Shown: in pieces, positions 18,993 through 28,514 of the stretch
Layout of the letters: every line of letters starts with the position of its first letter
How positions within the stretch are numbered: the stretch's first letter is position 1
NCBI GenBank assembly: GCA_965224245.1
Contig: OZ245046.1
Coordinates: 5,760,001-5,824,000 of the forward strand
Length of the DNA: 64,000 nucleotides
From: Candidatus Eiseniibacteriota bacterium
Lineage (GTDB): Bacteria; Eisenbacteria; RBG-16-71-46; CAZAMP01
Reading direction: 5' to 3'
Made by a program: the position numbers and the translations under genes
Notes under the pieces: model-generated
Told to the model about the DNA's origin: nothing
What the model saw: only the letters and a program-made list of their open reading frames with translations
The model's database searches: none

Positions 18993-21407
18993 CTATTGCG
19001 CCGGCGTCGAGGCGAGACCCTCGGCGCCGGTCGGTCGGGGTCCGCGGCCGAGCCGCTGCAGGTACGCGATGATGGCCGTCATCTCGCTGTCGGGCGCGAT
19101 CGTGACGCCCTGCTCCTCGAGGTCGGCCGCGATCAGCTGGCCCTGGGAGCGTGCGACCTCGGCTGCCGTCGACACGTCCGACTCGGTGTAGGGAACGCCG
19201 AGCGTCTTCATCACCGACAGCTTCGTCGCCGTCCTGGAGAGGTCCACCGTCCGATCCCGCATGAACGCGTAGTCCGGCATGTTGGATCCCGGCGACGTGG
19301 ACCGCGGGTCCATCATGTGCTGATAGTGCCACAGGTTCGGATAACGACCCCCGACGCGATGGAGATCGGGACCGGTGCGCTTGGATCCGAACTGGAACGG
19401 TCGATCGTAGATCGACTCCTCGAGCCGCGTGTACTCGCCGTAGCGCAGCGTCTCGAACCGGAACGGCCGCACCATCTGACTGTGGCAGCTGTAGCAGCCC
19501 TCGCGCACGTAGATGTCGCGTCCCTCGAGCTCCAGGGGGCTGTACGGCTGCTGCGTCCACCTGGACTCGGTCATCGGGATGTAGGTTCGCTCGGGCTCGC
19601 CCTGCTCGTTCGTGACCACGGTGGCCACCATCGGCACCTCTTTCTCGATCACGATGCTCGGGAGCAGCTCGGCCAGTCCGCCGATCAGGATCGCAACCAG
19701 AACGAGCAGCGTGAAGATCAAGGATCGCCCCTCGAGAAGCCGATGCCACGACTCGGAGACCGGCGTCTCACGGCTGACGAGCATGTACGTGAGCGCCACG
19801 TACCCCAGAGCGAACGCGATCATGACCGCCGCCGTGAGGGGCGTTGCCAGGCCGAGAGCCAGGAGCACGACCATGCCGAGCAGGGACAGCACGACCGGGG
19901 CGCCCTTCAGGAGGCTCCAGCTCGAGCGGGCCGGCGCGACCTCCGCGATCGCCTTCGGGACCTTGACGGTGCCGTTCACCGGGGCGCCGGCCGCGATCGT
20001 CGAGAACAGGTTCACGGCCATCAGCACGAAGCCGCCGAGGTACAGGAGTCCGCCGATGAGTCGCATGTGATACAGCATGCGTGAGGCCAGAAGACCCTCG
20101 ACGAAGTCGGGGTACTTGAGGAAGCCCTCCTCGTTCAGCGCACGCCAGTAGAGACCGGAGTTGATGCCGCTGGTCCACATCGCGACCACGTAGAACAGGA
20201 TCCCGAACGTGGCCACCCAGAAGTGGACCTCCGCCATCCGCATCGACTTGAGCGGCACGTTCCAGAGCCGCGGCACGATCCAGTACAGCATGCCGGCGGC
20301 CATGAGGCCGTTCCAGCCCAGCGCGCCCGCGTGCACGTGAGCGATGATCCAGTCGGTGTAGTGGGCCAGACCGTTGACGGCCTTGATCGACAGGAGCGGG
20401 CCCTCGAACGTGGACATGCCGTAGAACGTGATCGCCACCACGAAGAACTTGATCACGGGGTCGGTCCGGAGCTTGTCCCAGGCCCCGCGCAGCGTCAGGA
20501 GACCGTTCAGCATGCCGCCCCACGACGGCGCCCACAGCATCAGGCTGAACACCATGCCCAGGGTCTGGGCCCAGTCGGGCAGCGACGTGTTCAGGAGATG
20601 GTGGGGACCGGCCCAGATGTACACGAAGATCAGCGCCCAGAAGTGCACGATGGACAGGCGGTACGAGTAGACGGGCCGTCCGGCCGCCTTGGGGATGAAG
20701 TAGTACATGATGCCGAGAATCGGCGTGGTCAGGAAGAAGCCGACCGCGTTGTGCCCGTACCACCACTGCACGAGGGCTTCCTGGACGCCGGCGTACACCG
20801 GGTACGAGTGGAAGAAGCCGGTGGGGATCACCAGGTTCCGCACGATGTGGAGCACCGCGATCGTCACGAACGTCGCGATGTAGAACCACAAGGCCACGTA
20901 GAGGTTGGGCTCGTTCCGGCGCGCAAGCGTCCAGAAGAAGTTCACGGAGTACGCGACCCAGACCACCGCGATCGCGATGTCGATCGGCCAGATCAGCTCG
21001 GCGTACTCCTTGCCCTGGGTCATGCCGAGGGGAAGCGTGAGGGCGGCCGCCACGATGATCAGCTGCCATCCCCAGAACGAGAACCAGCTCAGGAACGAGG
21101 ACGCCAGGCGCTGCTTCACCAGGCGCTGGGTCGAGTAGCCGATGCCGGCGAACATCATGTTGCCCACGAACGCGAAGATCGCGGCGTTCGTGTGCAGGGG
21201 GCGCAGGCGCCCGAAGCTGAGCCACTCCAGACCGAAGCTCATCTTGAACCACGTGAGCTGGCTGGCGATGAGCGCCCCCAGCCCCAGGGCCACGATGCCC
21301 CACACGATGGTCGCGATCACGTACGCGCGGGTGATGGCGTCGTCGTAGACGATCTCCTCGTGGTCGTGCGAGCGCATCTCGGCGCCCACCGTTTGCGCCG
21401 TCGTCAT
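18993..21407 (-). CDS. ccoN: Fused cbb3-type cytochrome c oxidase subunits I/II (CcoN-CcoO)
   Basis: FGRLRPLHTN, QWWYGHNAV, WAGPHH, AHVHAG; C-terminal EGCYSCHSQMVRP and GSKRTGPDL (CcoO). Confidence 0.95.
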   Translation of the reverse strand: MTTAQTVGAEMRSHDHEEIVYDDAITRAYVIATIVWGIVALGLGALIASQLTWFKMSFGLEWLSFGRLRPLHTNAAIFAFVGNMMFAGIGYSTQRLVKQRLASSFLSWFSFWGWQLIIVAAALTLPLGMTQGKEYAELIWPIDIAIAVVWVAYSVNFFWTLARRNEPNLYVALWFYIATFVTIAVLHIVRNLVIPTGFFHSYPVYAGVQEALVQWWYGHNAVGFFLTTPILGIMYYFIPKAAGRPVYSYRLSIVHFWALIFVYIWAGPHHLLNTSLPDWAQTLGMVFSLMLWAPSWGGMLNGLLTLRGAWDKLRTDPVIKFFVVAITFYGMSTFEGPLLSIKAVNGLAHYTDWIIAHVHAGALGWNGLMAAGMLYWIVPRLWNVPLKSMRMAEVHFWVATFGILFYVVAMWTSGINSGLYWRALNEEGFLKYPDFVEGLLASRMLYHMRLIGGLLYLGGFVLMAVNLFSTIAAGAPVNGTVKVPKAIAEVAPARSSWSLLKGAPVVLSLLGMVVLLALGLATPLTAAVMIAFALGYVALTYMLVSRETPVSESWHRLLEGRSLIFTLLVLVAILIGGLAELLPSIVIEKEVPMVATVVTNEQGEPERTYIPMTESRWTQQPYSPLELEGRDIYVREGCYSCHSQMVRPFRFETLRYGEYTRLEESIYDRPFQFGSKRTGPDLHRVGGRYPNLWHYQHMMDPRSTSPGSNMPDYAFMRDRTVDLSRTATKLSVMKTLGVPYTESDVSTAAEVARSQGQLIAADLEEQGVTIAPDSEMTAIIAYLQRLGRGPRPTGAEGLASTPAQ

Positions 21408-21613
21408 TCCCCGGCCCCCTTTCCCTCGGTCGCGGGTCGAAGACGCTGCGCTCGCGGGTCGCGCGCGCGCGTGTCGTCGTCCCCTTCGAGTGGCAGCAAC
21501 GACAGGCGGTCCGCGTGTTCGTAGTCGCCGGCACCGATGCTCCGGAGCAGGAGCACGATCGCTCCCACCAGAAGCGCGAGACTGATGAGAATGAGCACGA
21601 TCAGAATGTCCAT
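21404..21613 (-). CDS. ccoS: cbb3 oxidase assembly protein CcoS/FixS
   Basis: Short N-terminal TM followed by GDYEH; located between ccoI and ccoNO. Confidence 0.8.
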   Translation of the reverse strand: MDILIVLILISLALLVGAIVLLLRSIGAGDYEHADRLSLLPLEGDDDTRARDPRAQRLRPATEGKGAGE

Positions 21614-24072
21614 CTACGTCGTTTCCCCGTGAGTAGCCAGACCGCCACCGAGACCACGGTGACGGAGCTGAGTGGCATCAAGATCGCCGCGCCCACCGGC
21701 GTGACTCGACCGAGACACGCCAGCGAGACCGCGACGAGGTTGTACGTGACGGCGAGTGCGAGCAGAAGCGCGATCGTCCGCCGGAGCTGCCGCGCGGCGA
21801 CCAGCGATCGCCGCACCGCCGAGATGCCGTGCCCGACGAAGTACGCGTCGGCGCGCGCCGGCATCGCGGCATGGGTCGAGAGGGGCGCCATCGTGACCGA
21901 CGCGGCGCCGAAGCCGAGCGCGTCGTTGATGCCGTCCCCGACCATCATCGTGTGATCGCGTCCGAGGTCGCCGACGCGGTGGGCCTTGTCCTCGGGCGCG
22001 AGCGTCCCCGCGACGTTCGCGGCGGGAATGCCGAGCGACCTGGCGATCTCCTCGGTGCGGGAGGCCGCATCCCCGCTGAACAGGTACGTCTCGTAGCCGG
22101 ACGCCTGGAGGAGGGCGACCTCGTCCACGGCGTCGGTGCGAAGCTCCTCGTCGAGGTCGAACGAGGCGATCGTTCGCTCGTCGCACGAGAAGCGTACGCG
22201 GGCGCCGCCGCTGGACATGCTCGTTCCCACGCGACCGAGGCGATACGTGCCGGCGTTGGTCACCCACCGAACGCCTTCACCCTCGATCTCCTCCACGCGG
22301 AGGTCGTCCATCGGCGGGACCTCGGGATCGGCGGCGAGGCCACCGCTGCCCGCGGCGTGCGCGATGGCGAGGCTCACCGGGTGGTTGCTGCGGGACGCCA
22401 GGGCGACGAGGGCGGCACGGCCGGGTGCGCCGAGCGCGTCCAGCGCGCGGCGGCTCGCCGGTGTCAACGTCATGGACGTGCCCGTCATCGTGCCGGTCTT
22501 GTCGAAGACGACGTTCCGGATCGCCACCGCGCGATCGAAGAAACCGAAGCGGCGCACGTACACCCCGACCCGGCGAAGCCCCAGCGACGTGAGCTCGCGT
22601 GCCATCGGGATGGCGAGACCGATCGCGCACGGGCAGCTCACGACGAGCACGGCCACGGTCACCGGGACCACCCGCGCCGGATCGGCGAACGCCCAGGCGA
22701 CCGCGGTCAGCGCGGCCACGCTCAGGACCGATGCGACGTACCAGGCGGAGACGCGATGCCACCACGGATCGCGTCGCGCGGCCGAGGCCGGGGTTCCGGT
22801 GTCCGGACCCCCATCGGCCGGTGCGTCCTCGATCGGCACGAGGAGATCGGCCAGGCGCGAGGCCGCGAAGGGCTCCTCGGCGATCAGTGTGATCGGGGTT
22901 CGGTCGGCGTTGAAGGCACCGGCGGGCAGTCGCGCGCCGGCCGCGAACGCGATCGGCTCGGACTCGCCGGTGATCCAGTCCAGCGAGACGACGGCCGGTC
23001 GCCCGGTTCGCCCGGCGACCGGCACGAGGTCACCCGGCACGATCACGAGCGTGTCGCCCAGCGCAACCGATTCCACCGGGATGGTCTGGAGATCCCCCGC
23101 GGGCTCGGCGTCGGACGCGCGTGGCGCGCGGCGCGTCATCAGGTGATCGACGCCGCTCTCCTCGAGGATCAGCCGGCGATTGCGAGCCAGGACGTGCTCC
23201 TGGAGCCAGCGACCGACGATCATCAGGGCGACGAAGATCGCCACGGTGTCGAAGTAGGTGGCGCCCGGCCCGTCCTGGAGATACACCACCGTGGATCCCG
23301 TGAACGCGAGCGCGATGCCGAGCGCGATCGGCAGGTCGAGGTGCAGCGCGCGGTGACGCAGCGACGCGATCGCGGTCCGGAGGATCGGGGTGCCGCCGGC
23401 CACGATCGTCACCGCGGTCAACGCGAACGCGACCGCGCCGATCACGTGATGCAGCATGCCGGAGTCGGCGGTCAGGCCGAGGTGGAACGTGAGCATGAAC
23501 ACCATCACGTTGAGCGCGGCCGCGACCGAGATCCCCATCCGGATCAGGAGCGCGCGGTCGGATCCGGTGCGCTCACGGGTGCTCGGGCCGAAGCGGTATC
23601 CGAAGCGTGCGGCCTCGCGGAGGAAGATCGCGAGGTCGAACGTGTCCGCGTTCCAGGAGGCCTCGGCGGTGCCGCGGGCCGGGTTGATCCGGAGCGAGAG
23701 GGCACCGTCGTGACGCCGGTAGAGCGTGTCGAGGAGCCACACGCACGCCGCGCAGTGGACCCCCTGGACGTCGAGTGTCGCCCTGGCGCGGCCACCGTCC
23801 GGCGACCGGGTGATCGCGGCCTCCAGCCACGCGTGACTCTCGGCCGCGGACGGGGTCGGCGGAGCCGTGGTGGTGGGCTTCAGGTCGTAGTAGCGATCGA
23901 GACCCTCGGCGTGAATCAGATCGTGCACGAACTCGCAGCCCGAGCAGCAGAACCGCTTGCCGTCGCGGCGCTGGGTGGCCGTGAGGTCGAGACCGCAGTG
24001 CGCGCAGTGGGTGGCGGTCGACCCGGGGGGATCGGTCGCGCGGGCGCCGTCGCTCGCGAGGAGGGCTACCAC
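21601..24072 (-). CDS. ccoI: Copper-translocating P1B-type ATPase CcoI/FixI
   Basis: CAHCG..FCCSGC, HMA CAAC, TGES, CPC, DKTGT, GDGIND, YN and MPLSS. Confidence 0.9.
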   Translation of the reverse strand: MVALLASDGARATDPPGSTATHCAHCGLDLTATQRRDGKRFCCSGCEFVHDLIHAEGLDRYYDLKPTTTAPPTPSAAESHAWLEAAITRSPDGGRARATLDVQGVHCAACVWLLDTLYRRHDGALSLRINPARGTAEASWNADTFDLAIFLREAARFGYRFGPSTRERTGSDRALLIRMGISVAAALNVMVFMLTFHLGLTADSGMLHHVIGAVAFALTAVTIVAGGTPILRTAIASLRHRALHLDLPIALGIALAFTGSTVVYLQDGPGATYFDTVAIFVALMIVGRWLQEHVLARNRRLILEESGVDHLMTRRAPRASDAEPAGDLQTIPVESVALGDTLVIVPGDLVPVAGRTGRPAVVSLDWITGESEPIAFAAGARLPAGAFNADRTPITLIAEEPFAASRLADLLVPIEDAPADGGPDTGTPASAARRDPWWHRVSAWYVASVLSVAALTAVAWAFADPARVVPVTVAVLVVSCPCAIGLAIPMARELTSLGLRRVGVYVRRFGFFDRAVAIRNVVFDKTGTMTGTSMTLTPASRRALDALGAPGRAALVALASRSNHPVSLAIAHAAGSGGLAADPEVPPMDDLRVEEIEGEGVRWVTNAGTYRLGRVGTSMSSGGARVRFSCDERTIASFDLDEELRTDAVDEVALLQASGYETYLFSGDAASRTEEIARSLGIPAANVAGTLAPEDKAHRVGDLGRDHTMMVGDGINDALGFGAASVTMAPLSTHAAMPARADAYFVGHGISAVRRSLVAARQLRRTIALLLALAVTYNLVAVSLACLGRVTPVGAAILMPLSSVTVVSVAVWLLTGKRRRWTF

Positions 24073-24812
24073 AACATCACCTTCCCCAGCATCACGTGGT
24101 CGAGCGCGCCCAAGGAGGCCAGACCGCGAAGGCCCATCTGGATGCCCGTGACCACGACGACCGCCGCCCCGATGCGCTGTGCGTGCGCGAGGCGGTGCAT
24201 CGGCAGACGGCGGACACCCACCGAGAGCACCACGAGCGCGGGCAGCGTCCCGAGTCCATAGGCGAGCATGGCAGCCGCGCCCCGGATCGGGCCGGCCGCG
24301 GCTCCGGCCGCGATCGCGGCCGCCAGCACCGGCCCGCAGGGCAGAAAGCCGTTCACCACACCGACCGGGAAGTCTCCGCGGCGCATGGCGCCGCGGAAGA
24401 GGACCTGGATGAGCCCCCTTGGACGCGTCCGGGTCGTGACCGCGCCGATCGGCGGCACGAACCGCACGCCGAGTAGCTCCAGGCCCAGGGCGATCACGGC
24501 GGCCCCGCAGGCCACCGAGAGCGCGCCCTGTCCGGAGGGTCCGATGCCCCGGAGCCCGAACATGCTGACCAGGCCGAAGAACGCGCCGATGACCGCGTAG
24601 GAGAGAAGTCGCCCGGAGTGGTAGGCGCCGAGCCGCCGCGCGAGGGAGCCACGCTCGGGGTCACGTGCGCCGAAGACGACGCCGACCAGCGGTCCGCACA
24701 TGCCGGTACAGTGCCCGACGCTGATCGTGAGACCGGCGAGAAAGAGCAGCGCGAGATCCGCGGGCGAGCCGGAGCCGGCGGGCGGGGTCGCACAGCATGC
24801 ATCACCGATCAT
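24066..24812 (-). CDS. TauE/SafE-like (DsbD_2) membrane protein of cco clusters
   Basis: HCTGMCGP, YHSGRLLSY, GFLPCG, YGLGTLP. Confidence 0.85.
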   Translation of the reverse strand: MIGDACCATPPAGSGSPADLALLFLAGLTISVGHCTGMCGPLVGVVFGARDPERGSLARRLGAYHSGRLLSYAVIGAFFGLVSMFGLRGIGPSGQGALSVACGAAVIALGLELLGVRFVPPIGAVTTRTRPRGLIQVLFRGAMRRGDFPVGVVNGFLPCGPVLAAAIAAGAAAGPIRGAAAMLAYGLGTLPALVVLSVGVRRLPMHRLAHAQRIGAAVVVVTGIQMGLRGLASLGALDHVMLGKVMLW

Positions 24813-24939
24813 GCGATCTCGGCTCCTCGAAATGGGCAAGGGTAATCGGGTTGGAGGACGGAGGGAAGATCAGGGATCCTGGGGGTGCCCGGCGATCCGG
24901 GGTTTCCGAAGCCGTGGGTACGGGAATGCCGAACGGTGT

Positions 24940-24966
24940 GTTATTTGTTGTCATAAAATGAGTTAC
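24940..24966. promoter_or_regulatory. AT-rich imperfect palindrome in the divergent promoter region of the cco operon
   Basis: GTTATTTGTTG-TCATA-AAATGAGTTAC stands out in a very GC-rich background. Confidence 0.35.
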
Positions 24967-25024
24967 AGGACGGGAAGGATCCTGGCCGACGCGCCGGCCG
25001 GCCGGGCACGGAAGGAGTCGTCGA

Positions 25025-25378
25025 GTGGCGCAACAGTGGATCATGATCGCCGGACCCTACACCACGGGGGCGGAGTCCCCCTACGATCGGGCGCGCAATC
25101 TCCACGCTCTGAACGTGGCGGCTCACCAGATCTTCCAGAAGGGACACGTCCCCATCGTCGGCGTGAACCTCGTGCTTCCGATCATCGATGCCGCGGGGCC
25201 GGCGAGCGAGGCCGAGCTGATGATGCCGCTGTCGCTGGCGGCGGCGGGGCGGTGCGACGCGGTGCTCCGGATCGGCGGGGAGTCCGCCGGCGCCGACGCG
25301 GAGGTCGACGTCATCCTGGCCCGAGGGGGACGCGTCTACCGGTCGGTGGACGAGATCCCGGCCGCGGAAGCGCCGTGA
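25025..25378 (+). CDS. Small DUF4406/NDT-like flavodoxin-fold protein
   Basis: IMIAGPY, GHVP, RCDAVLRIGGESAGADAEV; AAGGAG RBS. Confidence 0.7.
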   Translation: MAQQWIMIAGPYTTGAESPYDRARNLHALNVAAHQIFQKGHVPIVGVNLVLPIIDAAGPASEAELMMPLSLAAAGRCDAVLRIGGESAGADAEVDVILARGGRVYRSVDEIPAAEAP

Positions 25379-27093
25379 CCGCCGCGACCCGCGCCCGCGC
25401 GGTCGCGGGGCTCTGGCTGTGTCTGACGATGACCGGTCCCGCGGGGAGCCATCCCGAGGGTCCGGCCCAGACTCGGTCGAGCGCCCCAATCGCGCGGCGT
25501 CCGGCGCCGACTCCGGTCGCGGGCCTCCGGGGAAGGGCCGTCGTCCCCGAGGGCGCGGAGTCGACCGCCCCGGTGCTCGTCCTGCGGGGACCGTATCTCC
25601 AGTCCGGTGCGCCCGACCACGTGACGGTCCTCTGGAGGACCGACCTCGACACCGACGGCGTCGTGCGCTATGGCCTCGCCCCGGAGAGCCTCAGCGAGAG
25701 GGTCGGCGAGGGTTTCGTCGGCGCCGACCACGCGGTCGTCGTCGCGGGCCTCTCGCCGGGTACGCGGTACTTCTACTCGGTCGGGACGCCCGACGCGACG
25801 ATCGCCGGCGGCGACTCCACGTACACGTTCGTGACGGCACCGGTCCCCGGCCGTCGCCAGGCGACGAGGGTCTGGGTGATCGGAGACTCCGGGCAGCCGG
25901 GAGCCGGCCAGAGGGCCGTCCGCGATGCCTACCGCGCCTTCACGGGGGATCGCGGCACGGACCTGTGGCTCATGCTGGGCGACAACGCCTACACCACCGG
26001 AACCGACGCCGAGTACCAGGCCGGGGTGTTCGACGCGTATCCGGAGCTCCTCCGTCGCACCGTGCTGTGGCCGGCGCGCGGCAACCACGACCTGCGTCAC
26101 GGTGGGGCCCACGACGACTACTACGAGATCTTCACGTTGCCCACCCTGGGGGAGTGCGGCGGCGTCGCCTCGGGAACCGAGGCGTACTACGCCTTCGACC
26201 ACGCCAACGTCCACTTCGTCTGTCTCGACTCCTTCGAGAGCAGCCGACTACCCGGGAGCCCGATGCTCACCTGGCTGGCCCAGGATCTGGCCGCCAACCT
26301 CCAGGACTGGACGATCGCGTTCTGGCACCACCCTCCGTACTCGAAGGGATCGCACGACTCGGACACCGAGGCCGCGCTCGTGGAGATGCGCGAGTACGCG
26401 CTTCCGATCCTCGAAGAGGGCGGGGTGGATCTCGTTCTGTGCGGACACAGCCACTCCTACGAGCGATCGTTCCTGCTCGACGCCCACTACGGTCACTCGA
26501 GCACGCTGGTGGACTCGAACCGGGTGGACGACGGCGACGGCCGCGAGCCCGGAGACGGCGCGTACGAGAAGCCCTCGTCCGGGCCCGCGCCCCACGAGGG
26601 CTGCGTCTATGCCGTCGCCGGGAGCTCGTCCAGGCTGGGCGGTGGGGATCTCGACCATCCGGTCATGGTGGCGTCGATGAACGTGCTCGGCTCGCTGGTG
26701 ATCGACGTCGACGGCGAACGGCTCGACGCGCGATTCCTGGACGACGCCGGTGCGGTCCGGGACGCGTTCTCGATCCGCAAGGGTGACGAGGTCCCGACCC
26801 TGGCCTGGTCCGACGCCGAGCCCCCCGTCGCGGGGGTGGCCCTCGACGTGGGGCCGGTCTCCAGCACGTCGGTCGTCGGCTTCACGTATGCGCTGCCCCG
26901 CGAGATGTCGGTCCGGCTGGACGTGTACGACGTTGCGGGACGGCGAGTGGCCACCCTGGTCGACACCCGCGAGGGCCCCGGCGTTCACACCGTGGGATGG
27001 AGCGCGGGCGTCGGGCGGGGGTCGGGGCTCTACTTCGCCCGCCTCGTCGCGGACGGGAACCTCGTCACCCGCCGCGTGCTGGTGATCGGGTGA
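25375..27093 (+). CDS. Secreted purple-acid-phosphatase-type metallophosphoesterase with FN3-like N-domain and FlgD-Ig/T9SS-like C-terminal domain
   Basis: RGPYLQ, IGDSG, LGDNAY, GNHD, HHPPY, GHSHSYER; C-terminal VYDVAGRRVATL...SGLYFARL. GTGA overlap with the upstream gene. Confidence 0.85.
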   Translation: MTAATRARAVAGLWLCLTMTGPAGSHPEGPAQTRSSAPIARRPAPTPVAGLRGRAVVPEGAESTAPVLVLRGPYLQSGAPDHVTVLWRTDLDTDGVVRYGLAPESLSERVGEGFVGADHAVVVAGLSPGTRYFYSVGTPDATIAGGDSTYTFVTAPVPGRRQATRVWVIGDSGQPGAGQRAVRDAYRAFTGDRGTDLWLMLGDNAYTTGTDAEYQAGVFDAYPELLRRTVLWPARGNHDLRHGGAHDDYYEIFTLPTLGECGGVASGTEAYYAFDHANVHFVCLDSFESSRLPGSPMLTWLAQDLAANLQDWTIAFWHHPPYSKGSHDSDTEAALVEMREYALPILEEGGVDLVLCGHSHSYERSFLLDAHYGHSSTLVDSNRVDDGDGREPGDGAYEKPSSGPAPHEGCVYAVAGSSSRLGGGDLDHPVMVASMNVLGSLVIDVDGERLDARFLDDAGAVRDAFSIRKGDEVPTLAWSDAEPPVAGVALDVGPVSSTSVVGFTYALPREMSVRLDVYDVAGRRVATLVDTREGPGVHTVGWSAGVGRGSGLYFARLVADGNLVTRRVLVIG

Positions 27094-27135
27094 CCCGGAC
27101 GGCGCCGTGCGAGGAGGCGCCGTGGCCGGCGAGTC

Positions 27136-27708
27136 TCACGCCGGGTCGCTCGATCCCCGCGGGTCGAGAGCCAGCCCGGGCAGTCCGTCCAGGCTCGTCC
27201 GGTTGTGCGTTGCCTTGTACTCGGCGACGGCCTCGGGGCTCTTGGACGCCGCGTAGCGCGTGATCTGGTCGCGGTCGCCGTCGAACGCGTAGCGCGGAAC
27301 GCCGAACCCGCACGAGTCGGCGATCCGCGCCACGTCGAGCGTGATGATGGCGCGCGCCGCGTCGTGGGAGATGAAGCGCGGGGCGAGCTCCTCGTAGCCG
27401 GATGTTCCGGGCTCGTGCACGTGTCCCGTGCCATGGAGGCGGACGATCTTCGGCGGTCCCTCGAACGCGCAGAACATGATCGTCAGACGGCCGTTCTCGC
27501 GCACGTGCGCGATCGTCTCGATCCCGCTGCCCACGAGATCCAGGTAGCCTACCTCTCTCGGTCCGAGGACCCGGAACGCGTCGAGCCCCTTGGGCGACAC
27601 GTTCACCAGACCGTCGCCGGAGAGCGGCGCCGTCGCGACGAAGAACATGTGCTGAGCCTCGATGAACGCGCGAAGCCGGTCGTCGATGCCGTCGTACGTC
27701 TTGCCCAC
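27136..27708 (-). CDS. Pyridoxamine 5'-phosphate oxidase-like FMN-binding protein
   Basis: FFVATAP, NVSPKG, GSGIETIAH, MFCAFEGPP, SCGFGVP. Confidence 0.85.
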   Translation of the reverse strand: MGKTYDGIDDRLRAFIEAQHMFFVATAPLSGDGLVNVSPKGLDAFRVLGPREVGYLDLVGSGIETIAHVRENGRLTIMFCAFEGPPKIVRLHGTGHVHEPGTSGYEELAPRFISHDAARAIITLDVARIADSCGFGVPRYAFDGDRDQITRYAASKSPEAVAEYKATHNRTSLDGLPGLALDPRGSSDPA

Positions 27709-27876
27709 GCTTGCTCCCTCCCTCCAAACCCGGTGCTGCTCGGGCCGTGAGCCGGGATCATCGGCCACGGCGGGAATGGCGCGCCACCCAAAACGAGGGC
27801 CGGCATGTACAATGCCGGGATCTCATCGTGGGGTGACGCGCAACGGCCGGCCACGAACAACGTGCTGGAGTCGTCG

Positions 27877-28485
27877 ATGACGAACGAAGCCAGGGTCTTT
27901 CTGATCGGCGGCGCGCCCGGCGTGGGAAAGACCACGCTCGGGCGCGCGCTCGGCGCACGGCTGGGCATCTCGTCGGTGAGCATCGACGACCTCATGACCG
28001 TGGCCCAGACGGTGACGACCCGCGAGACACATCCCGGGCTCCACGCGATGCGGAGGGTGCCGTCTCGGAAGTACTTCACCGACAGCACGCTCGACACGTT
28101 GCAGCGCGACGCCGACGCGCAGCACGCGGCGTGCTGGCCGTTCGTCGAGGCCGTCGTCGTGAAGCACGCCACGTGGGACCCGTCGTCCATCGTGATCGAT
28201 GGATGGTACCTGCGGCCCGAACGGGTGGCGACGCTGGAGCTCGACAGCGTGAGCGCATGCTGGATCGTCGCCTCACCGTCGGTGATCGAGGCGCGAGAGC
28301 GGGCCAACACCGCGTGGCTCGAGGGCTCGGCGGATCCCGCGCGCATGCTGGAGAACTTCATCGCGCGGAGCCTCTGGTTCAACCAGCGGATCGGTGATGA
28401 GGCGAGGGCGCTGGGAATGCGAGTGCTTCTCCAGCCCGGCGACGTCCCCGTGGACGAGCTGTGCCGGCAGGTCCTGTCGGGGTAG
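27877..28485 (+). CDS. P-loop kinase-like protein (2-phosphoglycerate-kinase-like)
   Basis: Walker A GGAPGVGKTT; SIDD; IVIDG. Confidence 0.7.
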   Translation: MTNEARVFLIGGAPGVGKTTLGRALGARLGISSVSIDDLMTVAQTVTTRETHPGLHAMRRVPSRKYFTDSTLDTLQRDADAQHAACWPFVEAVVVKHATWDPSSIVIDGWYLRPERVATLELDSVSACWIVASPSVIEARERANTAWLEGSADPARMLENFIARSLWFNQRIGDEARALGMRVLLQPGDVPVDELCRQVLSG

Positions 28486-28514
28486 GCGAAACGCATGGCG
28501 GAACGGGGGGCTCG

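Noticed and set aside
24945-24960. Possible FNR/FixK or Rex box upstream of the cco operon
   Set aside because: TTGTTGTCATAAAA matches TTGAT-N4-ATCAA poorly, and the Rex half-sites are mis-spaced.
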